Assembly (NCBI GenBank): GCA_964430945.1
Contig: CAYSHH010000004.1
Coordinates: forward strand, 334-64,333
DNA from: an uncultured Candidatus Saccharibacteria bacterium
GTDB taxonomy: Bacteria; Patescibacteriota; UBA1384; JAMDBS01; CAYSHH01
Length of the DNA stretch: 64,000 nt
Reading direction: 5' to 3'
Part shown: piece by piece, positions 39,953 through 50,840 of the stretch
Position numbering within the stretch: the stretch's first letter is position 1
Layout of the letters: every line of letters starts with the position of its first letter
The notes under the pieces: generated by a model
Seen by the model: the letters and a program-made list of their open reading frames with translations, nothing else
What the model was told of the DNA's origin: nothing
The model's database searches: none
Position numbers and translations under genes: made by a program

Positions 39953-41197
39953 ATGAAAAAAATTAATTACTACTTAATTCTTGCGATTTGTTTTTTACTA
40001 CCAAGCTACTTGGTCAGATTTAGTATTTTTGGTGTGCCAACGACATTATTAGAAATTCTAATTTACGTTTCTACTTTTGTAACAATAATTTTAAATATAA
40101 TAAATAATGATTCTTCGACTCCGTTTGAAATAACAAAAAAAATATCGTGGAAAACTTGGCTACCGATTGTACTATTTTTAATAGCAGGTACCATCGGTGT
40201 TGTGATAAGTCCAGACAAACGCGTGGCACTTGGACAGTTTAAAGGATTTATTCTTGACCCAATATTATTTTTTTGGGTGATTATTACTAATCTCAAAACC
40301 GAAAAACAATTTAAAAATATTCTTTGGGCTTTTATTTTCTCTGGTATTTATGTCTCAATATTTGCAATTTATCAAAAACTAACTGGTGAGCTTACGACTG
40401 ATTCTCGTATTATTGGGCTTTTCGGCTACTCCCCTAATTATTTAGCATTTTACATAACCCCTCTAGCACTTCTTACTTTATTCGTTCCGACACTTGATAC
40501 GAAAAGTATATTTCAAAAAAGCATGAAGATGCTCTTGGTATTGATTTTTATTTATGTGATTTATCTAACTGCCTCACGTGCCGGACTTATCGCATTTTTT
40601 GGTGGAGCATTTGGAGCGCTAGCAATAAAAAATATTATTAATTTAAAAACTTCCAGTGCAATAAAAGCAATCGTGATTATTGCCCTAATTGTCTTGGCAG
40701 GTTTTGTCGGCTACAAATACTTAAAGCCTGACTTTTCACTTTCGCCTAGCGATGGTGGTCGAATCACCTCATCAAACAACGTCCGTTTCCAGATCTGGGA
40801 GACTACGATTACTAAAATAGTACCAATTGACAATAATTGGATTCTAGGGATCGGTTTGGGAAATTATCAGCCATATTTCACAACCCTAACTTCTGATTGG
40901 GTCAATTATCCAGAGTGGATTTCTCCTTGGGCACTCACAGCGCATAATTTATTCTTGCATACACTCTTAAACGTTGGTATTTTAGGATTAATCGCTTTTG
41001 TATGGCTACTGGTCATATTTTTTAGAAATATCAAATTTGATTCGGGTACAAGTTATGCAGTTTTTGCAGCAATGTTGGCTATTATGGTACAAGGTCTTAT
41101 CGATACACCTTACTGGAAAAATGATTTATCGGTGATGTTTTTTATATTTCTCGCTACGGTAATAATAATTAAAAATAACTATGAAAAATCTAAATAA
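39953..41197 (+). CDS. O-antigen ligase / oligosaccharyltransferase-like protein
   Basis: R--G-F--PNYLA, TASRAG, R--IW, GIGLG, AHNLFL---L--GILG. Confidence 0.9.
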   Translation: MKKINYYLILAICFLLPSYLVRFSIFGVPTTLLEILIYVSTFVTIILNIINNDSSTPFEITKKISWKTWLPIVLFLIAGTIGVVISPDKRVALGQFKGFILDPILFFWVIITNLKTEKQFKNILWAFIFSGIYVSIFAIYQKLTGELTTDSRIIGLFGYSPNYLAFYITPLALLTLFVPTLDTKSIFQKSMKMLLVLIFIYVIYLTASRAGLIAFFGGAFGALAIKNIINLKTSSAIKAIVIIALIVLAGFVGYKYLKPDFSLSPSDGGRITSSNNVRFQIWETTITKIVPIDNNWILGIGLGNYQPYFTTLTSDWVNYPEWISPWALTAHNLFLHTLLNVGILGLIAFVWLLVIFFRNIKFDSGTSYAVFAAMLAIMVQGLIDTPYWKNDLSVMFFIFLATVIIIKNNYEKSK

Positions 41198-43634
41198 GTT
41201 TTTGTATAAGTATCGATATTGGATAGTGCTTGTTTTGGCGCTTATCTCTCGTTTTGCTTTTACTTCTGGATATAAAGATTTTTTTGATTCTATGCAATAT
41301 GTTTGGCGCACTGACTCAGGAACTTTGCTTGATGCGCTCTCTACAGGACATGCACCATTCCATCCAGGATATATCTTCTTCACTTATTGTTCCAATGGGC
41401 TTTTACATCTTTTTTCAATTCACAATACTGAACTTGCAGCTAGCTTACCATCGCTCTTTTTTGGTTCGCTTACACTTCTGATATTTTTTGCTTTTACTGA
41501 AAAATTATTTGATACCAAAACTGCAGTGCTTGCATCAATATTTGCAGCATTTGTCCCATATTTTTGGATTTCCAATATGAGTATCATTGTCGACCCGACA
41601 ATGATATTTTTTTATCTTTTGTCTATGTACTTGTATCTTATTTGGCTTGATAAAAAAGGTGGAAAATGGTACTGGCTTATTTTATCTGGATTTTCATTTG
41701 GATGGGCAATGTGGGCTCATACTCAAATTGCCTTTTGGGCGCTTGGATTTGTTGGACTTCTAATCTATAAAATACAGCCAAAAGAATGGATCAGATATGT
41801 TCTAAAAAGCATCCCATGGATTATCGGACCAATATTTTTTATTTGTATTTATTTATTTCTCTTGGTCCATTCTGGATATACTGCTACTTATGCCGAAGCT
41901 GCTCATTATTTGTTTCTCGGTAACGCTGGAGATAGGATGTCTCCTTCACTTATGCCAGGTTTTAGAAATTATATATTGGTTATGAGTCTATTTTTGGCCA
42001 TACTTTCAGCTATAGGTATGATAAAGCTTTTTATTAAAAACTCAAAAATGGCAATATTTCTTACTCTTTGGCTAGTACCAGGATTGTTTTTGGGTGCATT
42101 GTATCTTTATGCCAATCTCTATGGCCGGGCATCAATTATCGCCATGTTTCCAGGTATCATGGCTGCAGCATATCTACTTACCAGTTGGCAGCCAAAACAG
42201 AAATTTATTTTAGCGATGAAATATTTGCTAATATTTCTTGCTATTTTCCAACTGCTTTATATTAGTTTCCCGATAGTAAACTCATATGCTCGTGAACGAT
42301 CAGCTTATGACGAGATGGATAAACTTAGAAAAACGCTCAAGCCGGATGGTGGGCTTATCATCCTTTCCAATCTTGAGAAAACTCTTGTTGGTTATGAAGG
42401 GGATAATGCAGTGGTTTGGGAAATGCCAAAAGATGAAATCAATTCAAAAATTGAGAAAGCTCAAAAGGCTGGAAAACCAATATTTGTTGATATGGATGCT
42501 ATGCGTTTTCCATATTATCAATACGATGGGCATAATTGGGAGATCAAATCGACCAATTTTGATTTTGATGCCAAAGATAAATCATTCGTTTCTTATCTTT
42601 ATTCGATATACAATTTTGATCTTGCACTTACATCTTCACTTGGCAATAAAGTCGGCACTTATTTGGCCTACAAAGATAACCTTTCTACTTCAGAGAGATT
42701 AAAAAATAATATTTCCGTTCTTGAGTCCACTCAGTCTCTTATCTTCGGTCGACTATACGATGATGACTCTAGTAGCCCAGCAAGCCAAATTTCGGTTGAT
42801 ATTTACTCTTCTAACGAAGTTGTGTCACGACAAAAAATAAATTATCATGATTGGCTTTACTATATGCTAAATAGTTGGCAAAAAAACAATGGCTATGAGC
42901 CAAATGATCCTCTAAATTGGGCATATACTGACAAAAGTGGATTTTTTATTACTGCAATTCCTGAAAACGAAACCGAAAATACTTATCTAAAAGCAACTAC
43001 TTACAATTTGCCTCTTAAAGATGTTGTATCTAAGATCAATGACGAATCAACTTTTAATTTTGTAAATCTTACTCAATCGAATATTAAACAGCAATTGGTT
43101 TCTGAGGGAGAGATCAGTATCGATAATATCGATTCGCTGGTCAATGCATTCCCATCTGAGACAGGATATTATGTGGTTTTAAACAAATCTGATGATAATA
43201 ATATCAACTACAAAATATATAAACTCAATTACTCGCTTGATATTGGCAATACTCTCAATGCCGAGTTATTACCCCATGAAATAGGAGAACTTACTAGCGA
43301 AGGAATATTTACCGAAAAAAGTGGCAAAGGATATCTTACATATGGTCCCTGGATACAATTAGATACTGGAAATTATGATATTTCTTTTCGACTCAAAACA
43401 TCCAAAAATACTGACGATGATATTATTGGGAAATTAGAAGTAACGACTAAAAATGTCGACACTCCACTGGCAAGTCGCGATCTTAAGTATGAAGATTTTC
43501 CTGAAGCAAACAAATTTTATGACATTGCTTTATCTTTTGATACCGATAAGCCTTTGGACGAAATCGAATTTAAAACTATCGCCAATGGAGTAGTAGATCT
43601 TACAATAGAAGGAATATCAATAAATAAAAAATAA
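41181..43634 (+). CDS. GT-C (PMT/ArnT-like) glycosyltransferase with large extracytoplasmic domain
   Basis: First-loop D, HPGY, about 11 TM; C-terminal YGPW--L--G-Y beta-sandwich. Confidence 0.78.
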   Translation: MKNLNKFLYKYRYWIVLVLALISRFAFTSGYKDFFDSMQYVWRTDSGTLLDALSTGHAPFHPGYIFFTYCSNGLLHLFSIHNTELAASLPSLFFGSLTLLIFFAFTEKLFDTKTAVLASIFAAFVPYFWISNMSIIVDPTMIFFYLLSMYLYLIWLDKKGGKWYWLILSGFSFGWAMWAHTQIAFWALGFVGLLIYKIQPKEWIRYVLKSIPWIIGPIFFICIYLFLLVHSGYTATYAEAAHYLFLGNAGDRMSPSLMPGFRNYILVMSLFLAILSAIGMIKLFIKNSKMAIFLTLWLVPGLFLGALYLYANLYGRASIIAMFPGIMAAAYLLTSWQPKQKFILAMKYLLIFLAIFQLLYISFPIVNSYARERSAYDEMDKLRKTLKPDGGLIILSNLEKTLVGYEGDNAVVWEMPKDEINSKIEKAQKAGKPIFVDMDAMRFPYYQYDGHNWEIKSTNFDFDAKDKSFVSYLYSIYNFDLALTSSLGNKVGTYLAYKDNLSTSERLKNNISVLESTQSLIFGRLYDDDSSSPASQISVDIYSSNEVVSRQKINYHDWLYYMLNSWQKNNGYEPNDPLNWAYTDKSGFFITAIPENETENTYLKATTYNLPLKDVVSKINDESTFNFVNLTQSNIKQQLVSEGEISIDNIDSLVNAFPSETGYYVVLNKSDDNNINYKIYKLNYSLDIGNTLNAELLPHEIGELTSEGIFTEKSGKGYLTYGPWIQLDTGNYDISFRLKTSKNTDDDIIGKLEVTTKNVDTPLASRDLKYEDFPEANKFYDIALSFDTDKPLDEIEFKTIANGVVDLTIEGISINKK

Positions 43635-43635
43635 T

Positions 43636-45609
43636 ATGAAATCAATTATTGAAAAAATTACAAAAAATAAATGGAGTGAATTTATCCTACTCATCATCAA
43701 TTCCTATCTTCTAGGAATCCTCGGCTGGCAAGTAGTTCACAAAGAGGTTAGTATTACGCCATTTATCACCCAAAATATTGAACCAGCGATCAATAACCCC
43801 TTTTTGTCAGTGAAAATATTTATTATATTAACAGTAATATTAGTGCTTGTTGGATTTTTTATTAAACTTATTAATAATCATTCCAAAACAAATATTCGTC
43901 TGCAGTTCATTATACTTTTATCGCTCGTAGTAGGAATAAATTTTTTTAGCATAGTATCTCACCTGCCAATACTTGAAGCTTCTATATTTGGAATCACCTT
44001 AAATGATTTTTTGTCAAAAACATGGTATTGGCAAAATCTAATCTTTGTTTTTGTCTTAGTTTATTATCTTGTTTTTTATTATGCTATGCCACTAGCCAAA
44101 AGATTCAATGTTTTTATAAAGCGCGATTTATGGATCTACGTACTCATCGCTCTATCAATAGTTGCTTACTCTGTACTTTCTATTGGAAAACACAACAATC
44201 TTCAAACCAACACGATGGATCTTGGTGGATATGATCAGGCTGTATGGAAGCTCTCGCACTTTGAAGCACCACTTTCTACAATCTATGCTGACGATATTTC
44301 TAATGGCGATGTTAGTGTCCGTGACTATAGTAATGAAAGGATAAAACAATTTTTTCCAAATATGTTGGGTGATCACTTTGAACCAGTACTCGCAATAATC
44401 TCACCAATTTTTTGGATCTACAACGATATTAGAATGCTTTTATTTATTCAAGTTCTAATAGTTTGCTTGGGTGCGTGGCCAATCTATATGCTTGCGAAGG
44501 AAAAATTGGGTTCAAAATTCGCGGGTCTTTGTATCGCAGCATCTTACCTTTTTTTTATCGGTGTACAAACTGCAATCGAATTTGATTTTCATCCATTGGC
44601 TTTTGTTGCTCCGATCTTAGCGTATCTTTACTATTTTCTGGAAAAGAAAAAATATGCTTGGGTTTATGTGTTTACTGCCCTGGCACTCCTTTGTAAAGAG
44701 GTGGCATCGCTTTATATTTTCTTTTTCGGACTCTATGCTTTCTTTGTAAAAAAAGAACGAAAAGCAGGTATCATCATGATGATTTCTGGCGTACTTTGGT
44801 TCATATTGGTTATCAATATTATTATTCCGCATGTGTTTCATAGAGAATATGGCCATATGAGTGCCTATGATGCTCTTGGTAGTACTACTCCAGAAATTTT
44901 AAAAACAATGATTACAAATCCAATCTATACTATCAATATTTTGTTTAATCCTGGTAACAAGATAGATACTTGGATAGCTATGTTTGGGGCTACTGGATTT
45001 TTAGCTTTCTTATCCCCAGCAACACTTATACTGGCAATACCCATGATCGGTGAAAAATTTTTAACCATGTCCAAGTCAAGTTGTTGGACACTTTGGTGGC
45101 ATTATTCTATTACGATTACACCTATACTTATGATTGCTGCTACTAATGGTATTTATAATTTAAAAAATAAATATAAAAATATTGATTTTAATTGGAGCAT
45201 GTTTGGTGCTCTAATTGTTATCATTTCTACTCTTACTATTTCCTTCATCTATAGTAATAATCCAGATCGCACCACTCCACTTACCAGAATTTTAAATCAA
45301 AAATTCTATACAAAAACCCAAGATATTACTGACTTTGAGGCAGTAAAAAATATAATTCCCGAAGACGCTTCGCTGGCTACCACAGATACGCTACTTCCTC
45401 ATCTCGCTCATCGTGAGCAAGTTTATAGAGTTCACCCAACAGTTCCAGACGTAGACTATGTTTTGATCAATACCCATCAAGGTTTTTGGCCGTGGTCAAA
45501 AGAAGATATTCTGAGGGTTACCCAAGAACTTAAAGATGATCCAAGTTTTGTTTTAAAGGAAAACAAAGGCAGTATCTATCTTTTTGAAAATGCAAATATC
45601 AGAAACTAA
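43636..45609 (+). CDS. DUF2079 family GT-C-like membrane protein
   Basis: DLG-YDQ--W, GDHFEP, FDFHP, KE, PHLAHR. Confidence 0.85.
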   Translation: MKSIIEKITKNKWSEFILLIINSYLLGILGWQVVHKEVSITPFITQNIEPAINNPFLSVKIFIILTVILVLVGFFIKLINNHSKTNIRLQFIILLSLVVGINFFSIVSHLPILEASIFGITLNDFLSKTWYWQNLIFVFVLVYYLVFYYAMPLAKRFNVFIKRDLWIYVLIALSIVAYSVLSIGKHNNLQTNTMDLGGYDQAVWKLSHFEAPLSTIYADDISNGDVSVRDYSNERIKQFFPNMLGDHFEPVLAIISPIFWIYNDIRMLLFIQVLIVCLGAWPIYMLAKEKLGSKFAGLCIAASYLFFIGVQTAIEFDFHPLAFVAPILAYLYYFLEKKKYAWVYVFTALALLCKEVASLYIFFFGLYAFFVKKERKAGIIMMISGVLWFILVINIIIPHVFHREYGHMSAYDALGSTTPEILKTMITNPIYTINILFNPGNKIDTWIAMFGATGFLAFLSPATLILAIPMIGEKFLTMSKSSCWTLWWHYSITITPILMIAATNGIYNLKNKYKNIDFNWSMFGALIVIISTLTISFIYSNNPDRTTPLTRILNQKFYTKTQDITDFEAVKNIIPEDASLATTDTLLPHLAHREQVYRVHPTVPDVDYVLINTHQGFWPWSKEDILRVTQELKDDPSFVLKENKGSIYLFENANIRN

Positions 45610-45612
45610 TTT

Positions 45613-47148
45613 ATGCGTAACAAAAAAATATTAAATTGGCTGTTACCTGTTGTTATTTTCCTAATCGCACTCGGTGTGCGTTTTTGGGGACTCAATATTC
45701 ATGGCCAAACATGGGACGAGGCAGCGTACTACGATGGTGGCTCCCAGTACATTGAAAATTTAGAAGCCGGGGATTTTGATCCAGATCATTGGTACAGAAA
45801 CTTTGAACACCCTCCAGTTGCTAAGTGGATATATGGTGTCTCGAATGCACTGCTCAAAAATAATGGATTAGTGCATCTCGGTAAATATACACCAGGTAGG
45901 GCTACAAGTGCTTGCATGGGTGCTTTAACAATTGTCCTGGTTTACTTTTTTGTTATTGAATTATGTAAATCCAAACGCGTTGCTTTGGTCGCCTCGTTTA
46001 TCCTAATATTTTTGCCAACTTTTATTGCCCACAATCAAGTACTTGGCCTAGAGACCCCGTCGGCACTTTTTTACACTTGGGCATTGTATTGGTTTTATAT
46101 CGGTCTAACTAGAAAAAAATATTTTTTGCTTCTTTCGGCTATTCCGGCAGGACTATCGATTGGTACCCGGTTTAATAATGGTCATATAATGTTTTTTATG
46201 GCAATAATGATCCTGATGTATTATTTTATTCCATTTAAGGATTTGAAAAATAAAAAATTTCCCTGGATCGCGATTTTAATTCCTATTATCTCTTTACTAG
46301 TAGTTTGGGTTATCTGGCCTTGGTATTGGGGAAATATTGCCAATCATCTAGATCTCAATCATAGATTTCTTACCACTCAATTAAATTCCCAAGCTGATGG
46401 AGCATCGACCGATTGGTTTTTGGGGGCAAATGTTATACCTCCGTGGTATTATTTCATCTATTATTTTGTTGCCACTACCCCACTTCTAATTTTGATTTTA
46501 CTGATTACCTATTTGATTAAATATTTTAGAAACATAACTTTTGCGAAAACTTATTTGTTGGGTTGGTTTTTGATATTTTTTGTAATGAGTTTCGTTGGCT
46601 TCAAACAAGATGGAATTCGTTATATCTACCCGATTTTAGTACCCATGGCTATTATGGCTTCATATGCTCTAGAAAAATTATTTAAAAATATAAAATACTA
46701 TTATACCGCGGCAATCATACTTATTCTCTATCTTATTTATTTTTGCATTGTGTATCATCCATATTATCTTGATTATTATCAAGAACTTTTTGGTGGTGTT
46801 CAAGGGGTATACAAAAATCAAACTTTTGAAGTCGGTTGGTGGGGAGAAGGTCTAGAAGCATCATACGAGAAAATAAATACAAGACTTACAGAAAATGATT
46901 CGGTACTCCTGCTTACCTGTCCAGATTTTTCCAGAGGACTCATTGAAAAAGCCGGCTATATAAAAACTTACGAGGACATTGAAAAAGACAGTTACGACAA
47001 AGATAAAAAATTTGATTATATTATTACTAACCCTGCCTTTTATTGGTTTAAACCTATTGATGAATATGTAGATATCGAAAATTATTCTGTTGTCGATGAA
47101 GTAAAAGTTGATAGAGTGCCGATAGTTAGTGTCTATAAAAGAAATTAG
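45613..47148 (+). CDS. GT-C (PMT/ArnT-like) glycosyltransferase
   Basis: TWDE first-loop motif, EHPP, RYIYP, polytopic. Confidence 0.85.
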   Translation: MRNKKILNWLLPVVIFLIALGVRFWGLNIHGQTWDEAAYYDGGSQYIENLEAGDFDPDHWYRNFEHPPVAKWIYGVSNALLKNNGLVHLGKYTPGRATSACMGALTIVLVYFFVIELCKSKRVALVASFILIFLPTFIAHNQVLGLETPSALFYTWALYWFYIGLTRKKYFLLLSAIPAGLSIGTRFNNGHIMFFMAIMILMYYFIPFKDLKNKKFPWIAILIPIISLLVVWVIWPWYWGNIANHLDLNHRFLTTQLNSQADGASTDWFLGANVIPPWYYFIYYFVATTPLLILILLITYLIKYFRNITFAKTYLLGWFLIFFVMSFVGFKQDGIRYIYPILVPMAIMASYALEKLFKNIKYYYTAAIILILYLIYFCIVYHPYYLDYYQELFGGVQGVYKNQTFEVGWWGEGLEASYEKINTRLTENDSVLLLTCPDFSRGLIEKAGYIKTYEDIEKDSYDKDKKFDYIITNPAFYWFKPIDEYVDIENYSVVDEVKVDRVPIVSVYKRN

Positions 47149-48270
47149 TTATTGATCTAATTTATTTATAAAGTTTTGAAAGACGTAATATGCGTCTTTT
47201 GGGTCTGATATATCACACCCACTTATCGTACTATCTGATGACTTGTCTCTGACAATGCCTAGATGGCTTGTTGGATGGTCGCCTTCTGTGCAAATTGTGT
47301 CTGCAAAACGGTATACAAATATTCCGTTGATATTGCCAGAGTTATAACTATTTTTAAGAATTTCTTCAAAAAAACTAGCCTGTTCTTTCTCGCCATCCAT
47401 ATCTCCTCCACTATGATTTAGTTCAACTATCCAAAAAGGTTTGTTGTATTTTGCAAAATGACCAGGTATATCTATCATACCTTCTTCATCAGTTTGTTTC
47501 TTGGTTAAATCATCTCCCATCTCTGAGTACCAATTCCAACCTATAACATCAAACTGAAGCCCATCTCTTATTAGCATATCGATTACCGCAAAACAGATCC
47601 AGTGAGCACTAACAATAAATTTAGCATTGGGATCTGCATCGTGAATACCATCTCGAAGGCCCATAAGATAATCTTTCATTATTGCATATTTTTCTTGGTC
47701 GTAATCTTCTTCTTTCATGCCATTGCCTGATTTAATCAGCGTTCCAGATACTTCATTGGCCAATTGATAATAATCAACTTTACCTGGATAGCTAGAGCCT
47801 ACTTTCTTTCCCCAGTCATATCCACTAGTATAATTTGCTTCAGCAAAGAAATCCTTAAATGGGTGTTCAACGATAAAAGTGAAATACCAGTTGTTGTCTT
47901 TGGCTGTTTTTACCATTAAATCATTAGCCCATTTGATAGGCGTTTTTCCGTTTATCTCAAAATTAGTTCTTAAGTGATTTATGCCAAGCTCTTGCAAATC
48001 ATTTACTTGATTATCAAATACTGATTGATCAAATTTTTCTCCAGGATTTGCCGCAAACACGTTTGTCAATGCTCCGACATTCCATCCTGACAAAGTTTTA
48101 TGTTTATCTAAGCCAATACTCTTTGTGACCTGAGAAAGAGCACTGTTTGCTTTTATGATAATTGGTACATTTGCCAGTGTTTTACTCTGAAAGTATATAT
48201 ACACACCGAGAATCACTAGTATAAATATGAAGATTATCGTGAATGATTTTAGATAATTTTTTTTATTCAC
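47149..48270 (-). CDS. Membrane-anchored clan GH-A glycoside hydrolase
   Basis: YQLANE acid/base, DVIGWNWY, KPFWIVE nucleophile; GTG start with GGAGG RBS. Confidence 0.75.
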   Translation of the reverse strand: MNKKNYLKSFTIIFIFILVILGVYIYFQSKTLANVPIIIKANSALSQVTKSIGLDKHKTLSGWNVGALTNVFAANPGEKFDQSVFDNQVNDLQELGINHLRTNFEINGKTPIKWANDLMVKTAKDNNWYFTFIVEHPFKDFFAEANYTSGYDWGKKVGSSYPGKVDYYQLANEVSGTLIKSGNGMKEEDYDQEKYAIMKDYLMGLRDGIHDADPNAKFIVSAHWICFAVIDMLIRDGLQFDVIGWNWYSEMGDDLTKKQTDEEGMIDIPGHFAKYNKPFWIVELNHSGGDMDGEKEQASFFEEILKNSYNSGNINGIFVYRFADTICTEGDHPTSHLGIVRDKSSDSTISGCDISDPKDAYYVFQNFINKLDQ

Positions 48271-48331
48271 CTTTGCGCCCTCCAACAATTTATTATAATA
48301 TAAGTAAGTAGAAATCTAGATAAAAATATTT

Positions 48332-49060
48332 ATGAAAAAAATAAAAAACAGTTTATCCATATTTTTTCCAGCATACAACGAAGAAGAAAATGTCACCGAA
48401 TCATGTATGCAGGCTCTAAAACTTGCAAAAGAAATTACCGATGACTATGAAGTTATCATAGTTAATGATGGTAGCACGGATAATACTGGAAAAATACTAG
48501 ATAATCTCCAAAAAAAGTACAAGTATTTTTTGCCAATTCACCACAAAAAAAATCAAGGATATGGTGGCGCAGTATGGACTGGTATTACTAATTCTACCAA
48601 AGATCTTATATTTTTTACAGATGTGGATTTACAATTTAATATAAATGAACTCAAAAAATTTCTTCCATATATAGATAACTACGATGCTGTTATCGGCTAC
48701 AGAAATCCGCGACGTGATCCGTTCATGCGCTTGGTAAATGCCTGGGGATGGAAGGTGCTTACTCGGCTTATGTTTAATCTCAGAGTGAAAGATATTGATT
48801 GTGCCTTTAAGCTTTTTCATAGAGAAATATTTGATCAAATTAATGTTAATTCTCGGGGCGCTATGATATCGGCAGAACTACTTATCAGAATGCAAAGGAA
48901 AAACATGCGTATAAAAGAACTCCCAGTTAAGCATTATCCTAGAAAAGCCGGCAGCCCAACTGGAGCAAAACCAGAAGTTATAATAAGAGCTTTTAAGGAG
49001 TTAGTGGATGTTAGACGTCAACTTAAAAAAGAGGGGGAAGAGAGCAAAAGCCATAAATGA
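48332..49060 (+). CDS. GT2 polyprenol-phosphate glycosyltransferase
   Basis: PAYNEE, NDGSTD, NQGYG, TDVDLQF, DIDCAFKLF. Confidence 0.92.
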   Translation: MKKIKNSLSIFFPAYNEEENVTESCMQALKLAKEITDDYEVIIVNDGSTDNTGKILDNLQKKYKYFLPIHHKKNQGYGGAVWTGITNSTKDLIFFTDVDLQFNINELKKFLPYIDNYDAVIGYRNPRRDPFMRLVNAWGWKVLTRLMFNLRVKDIDCAFKLFHREIFDQINVNSRGAMISAELLIRMQRKNMRIKELPVKHYPRKAGSPTGAKPEVIIRAFKELVDVRRQLKKEGEESKSHK

Positions 49061-50785
49061 ATGAAAAAAATTTTCTCCAGAAAAATACTTGATTATACTA
49101 TCGTACTAACCATTTTTACTATATTGGCAATTATTTTTACCTATCCATTGGTATGTAACTTTTCTACTAGTACTTCCGGTTGGCAATCCATGAACGACAG
49201 CGAATTATTCCTTTGGAATTTCTGGTGGGTAAAACACGCAATCTTTGATCTTAAATCAAATCCGTTTTATACACATTATCTTTATTATCCGCAACAGGTG
49301 AGTCTAACTCTTCACACGCTTACTTTATTCCCTGCACTCATTTCTTCAATATTCCAGTTTTTTACTCAAAATATTATTATTGTTTATAATTTATTATTTT
49401 TACTAACTTTTACTTTCTCAGGTTTTGGTACGTATTTGCTAATAAATTATTTATACAAAAATAAGCTTGTTGCCTATATTTCCGGTGTTGCTTTTGCCTT
49501 TTGTCCATACGTTTTTGCCCACGTGTATGCGGGGCATTTCAACCTCATGAATACTTGGACTATTCCGTTTTATCTATATTTCTTTTTTCGCATGCTCGAT
49601 CGAAAAAAAACTATTGATATTATACTTGCTTCTCTTATCGTCACGATACAAATATATACTGATTTTCATTATCTTCTGTTTATGTTTATTATCTCGCTGA
49701 TTGTTCTTGCATATTATATATTTATTACTAAGAAATTTACCTTAATTGATTTTAAAAATTCATTTTATATGGTTATGATTATTATTTTATTATCCATACC
49801 ATTATTTGTGCCAACTTATCAATTTTCTAAAGTATACAATGCATATCAAGCCGCAAGATTGGATTACACACCCGCCACTGAATACACCGACTTAAGTCAT
49901 TATCTGCTCGGACCAGATTATCAAAATAAATTACTCGTCAGCGACGAAAAAAGAGATGATATGGAGAGAAATTATCAAGGAGGTATTCGAGAAAACAATA
50001 TCTTCTTTGGTTATACAGTTATAATACTTGCTTTCTTTGGGCTGATCCTTGTGTCCCCAAAACAAAAATGGCTATTCTTTGTCATCGGTTTAATATTTTT
50101 TATTTTGTCTCTCGGGTTTTATTTGTATTGGCAGAAAGAGCAAATTATAGATGTAAAATTGCCAGCTTATTATATTTCGCAATATATACTCAAAAACTCA
50201 GACCTAGTATTTTCTAGATTTTCTGTTGTTACTATACTTATGCTTATTGTTCTTGCCGCAGGATTTTTGTCGCGTATGGTTAAAAGAAATAAGCAAGCAG
50301 TAAAAATTATTTTGCCTATCTTTCTAGTATTGATAATTATAGAATTTATAAATGCTCCAATCCTCCTTACCAAATATCAAAGTTCTGATTACCTAAATGA
50401 ACTTGCCAACGACCCAACGGATTTTAGAATTATTACTTTGCCTAATAACCTCTATTACCAAATAATTATCAATAAGCCACAGCTTGTTGGTGCACTAGGA
50501 AGACGCGCACACGATTATTATCAGGATAATGGTCATTATAAAGATATTCCTGGTATTAGGCTATTTTATTCTGTAAATAATTCTGCAATAGTTCCAAACG
50601 ACGATGATAGAAATCAGCAAATTTTGTCAGATCAATTCAAAAAATACAATGTCAAATATATAATCCTAGAAAAAAAACAGACTCCACCAGCTGAAGTTAT
50701 CAAATATCGTAATATTTCTGAAAATATTATGCAACTCAATATATACTTTGAAGATAGCGATATTGTTGTTTACAAAACATTGTAA
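49061..50785 (+). CDS. GT-C-like (YfhO-type) polytopic membrane protein
   Basis: D----WNFWW, NPFY---LYYP, AFAFCPY, GH-N, about 12 TM. Confidence 0.75.
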   Translation: MKKIFSRKILDYTIVLTIFTILAIIFTYPLVCNFSTSTSGWQSMNDSELFLWNFWWVKHAIFDLKSNPFYTHYLYYPQQVSLTLHTLTLFPALISSIFQFFTQNIIIVYNLLFLLTFTFSGFGTYLLINYLYKNKLVAYISGVAFAFCPYVFAHVYAGHFNLMNTWTIPFYLYFFFRMLDRKKTIDIILASLIVTIQIYTDFHYLLFMFIISLIVLAYYIFITKKFTLIDFKNSFYMVMIIILLSIPLFVPTYQFSKVYNAYQAARLDYTPATEYTDLSHYLLGPDYQNKLLVSDEKRDDMERNYQGGIRENNIFFGYTVIILAFFGLILVSPKQKWLFFVIGLIFFILSLGFYLYWQKEQIIDVKLPAYYISQYILKNSDLVFSRFSVVTILMLIVLAAGFLSRMVKRNKQAVKIILPIFLVLIIIEFINAPILLTKYQSSDYLNELANDPTDFRIITLPNNLYYQIIINKPQLVGALGRRAHDYYQDNGHYKDIPGIRLFYSVNNSAIVPNDDDRNQQILSDQFKKYNVKYIILEKKQTPPAEVIKYRNISENIMQLNIYFEDSDIVVYKTL

Positions 50786-50840
50786 GATGATTTATCTCTT
50801 GGTATGATTTACATATTACATCTAAATAATTTTTTTAATT

